From IMG/VR virus record IMGVR_UViG_3300006735_000039, positions 1 to 56,223 of that record: a DNA stretch of 56,223 nucleotides; one strand, written 5' to 3'. Source of the stretch: a virus. Its lineage: Duplodnaviria > Caudoviricetes. The notes under the pieces are model-generated. The model did no database searches, was not told the DNA's origin, and saw only the letters and a program-made list of their open reading frames with translations. The stretch's first letter is position 1, and every line of letters begins with the position of its first letter. A program made the translations under genes and the position numbers. This document shows, piece after piece, positions 55,066 to 56,223 of this stretch.

Positions 55066-55690
55066 TATTATTTTTCTTATTGGCGAGGCTGGTAGCGGTA
55101 AGGATACCGTTGCCAAGCTTCTTGCTAAGGATGGGTATAAGAGAATTGCTTTTGCTGATAAGCTTAAAGAAGAATACTACTCTGACTTAGGAATAACTTA
55201 CTGTGCTGAAGAGGAAGATAGAGAGTTTAAGGAAAAGCATAGACAAGGCTTGATTGATTACGGTGAGGCTAAGAGAATATCTAAGGGTCTAAACTACTGG
55301 ATTAATAAAGCCTTTGATGATTACTGGAATGAGGGTCTATTTGTTTTAAAAGATAGCACACCTAACTTAGTAGTTACAGATGTTAGGAGATGTAAAGAGG
55401 TAGAATTTGTTTTATCTATGAAGCTTTTTTCTAATGCTAACGTATTCTTTTACCATGTTGATAGGTTGGTTTACGATAATGACGAGCTAACTATGAAGGC
55501 TTTAAGAAGGGCGGTAAAGACTAGGGGGTTGCTAGATGGTATAATAGATAATAACGGAACCCTTAAAGAACTAAAAGAAGATGTTAGACAAATTAGTAGA
55601 AAGATTGAACGGGAATCTAGACGATTCACAAAGAATAGAACTAATCATCAGATTACTATCCACGATGTACTCGGAGAACTTGGACTTTGA
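55058..55690 (+). CDS. Deoxynucleoside monophosphate kinase-like P-loop kinase
   Basis: GEAGSGKDTVA, IAFADKLKE, R..L..YG, VVTDVR, IDNNGTL. Confidence 0.8.
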   Translation: MSNIIFLIGEAGSGKDTVAKLLAKDGYKRIAFADKLKEEYYSDLGITYCAEEEDREFKEKHRQGLIDYGEAKRISKGLNYWINKAFDDYWNEGLFVLKDSTPNLVVTDVRRCKEVEFVLSMKLFSNANVFFYHVDRLVYDNDELTMKALRRAVKTRGLLDGIIDNNGTLKELKEDVRQISRKIERESRRFTKNRTNHQITIHDVLGELGL

Positions 55691-55916
55691 TTTTGGTCTT
55701 ATGATTTCCATAGACCAAACTATAAACGACAAGCTAGATTTTGACGGGTATGTTTTCTGTACAGCAATGGAAGCCGCTAAGTTTTCGTCACTACAGGATA
55801 AGTTATATAACCTTTACCTAGAGCACCACGGTGTAGATGGGGAAGGATTAATAGATGAAGTTATTAAAATTATAAATAAAAATAAAAATGGAGAAGACAA
55901 GAGCACTGATTCGTAA
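55581..55916 (+). CDS. Hypothetical protein
   Basis: 111 aa, overlaps the kinase C-terminus. Start uncertain. Confidence 0.45.
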   Translation: MLDKLVERLNGNLDDSQRIELIIRLLSTMYSENLDFDFGLMISIDQTINDKLDFDGYVFCTAMEAAKFSSLQDKLYNLYLEHHGVDGEGLIDEVIKIINKNKNGEDKSTDS

Positions 55917-56157
55917 GATTACTAAAGGTGATTTCAAACAAGGACTGTCTTACGCTATAGGTCAAAAGATGAGAACTCCTGCTGGAGACATAGAGGTTGT
56001 TGATATTATTATTGACAGTCAGTGGCAAGAGACTTACGGCAAGATTAGATACAACGTATATGTTGAGGTTGGAGGAATGATTAGAATATGGAAGTCATTC
56101 CCTGAGCACGATGTTACTTTAGAATATGATTTATCTATAGAGACCTATGCAAATTAA
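55888..56157 (+). CDS. Hypothetical protein
   Basis: 89 aa. IRKITKG.FK....Y.IGQ..WK.F....V.LEYD. Confidence 0.6.
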   Translation: MEKTRALIRKITKGDFKQGLSYAIGQKMRTPAGDIEVVDIIIDSQWQETYGKIRYNVYVEVGGMIRIWKSFPEHDVTLEYDLSIETYAN

Positions 56158-56223
56158 AGAGAAGTACGAAAACTTTACGCCAGTAGGTAACGAGATATAT
56201 ATTAGTTTAGAAAAAGAAACTAA
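56147..56223 (+). CDS. 5' fragment of the GroES-like gene (runs off the end)
   Basis: MQIKEKYENFTPVGNEIYISLEKET..; F.P.GN.I.I resembles the first GroES strand. Confidence 0.55.
   Translation, partial: MQIKEKYENFTPVGNEIYISLEKET

Overview
The window is a near-complete ~56 kb genome of a tailed dsDNA phage with a podovirus-type virion module. Many TAnnTTTG (-7) promoters, some with a TTTG (-33) element, and A-rich leaders point to a Bacteroidota (probably Flavobacteriia) host. A GroES-like gene appears split across the two ends, so the sequence is probably circularly permuted with a small gap. The + strand arm (3.0-39.6 kb) holds terminase, portal, scaffold, major capsid, ring/tail proteins, ejection proteins, a >3000 aa polyvalent protein, predicted host-envelope proteins (outer-membrane barrel, thioredoxin-like, T9SS-type Cys-repeat protein), lysis genes and a cluster of very basic microproteins. 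The - strand arm (39.6-53.6 kb) holds PhoH, nucleases, a DnaB-like helicase, a replication initiator, SSB, a RecE-like/ERF pair and small early genes. I recognised no DNA polymerase, primase, RNA polymerase, integrase, tRNA or CRISPR array. The most striking unannotated signals are in the early region. (i) Two tandem type I hammerhead ribozymes share an identical stem I 3' strand, cut 21-22 nt upstream of start codons, and would release a 496-nt RNA able to re-form a hammerhead on circularisation. (ii) Eleven copies of the palindrome GTCGGA-N3(4)-TCCGAC, five inside coding sequence, become sparser with distance from the early promoters. (iii) Three dispersed AGCATATGCT arrays sit at module boundaries. 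All protein calls come from motif recognition by eye; no database searches were run.
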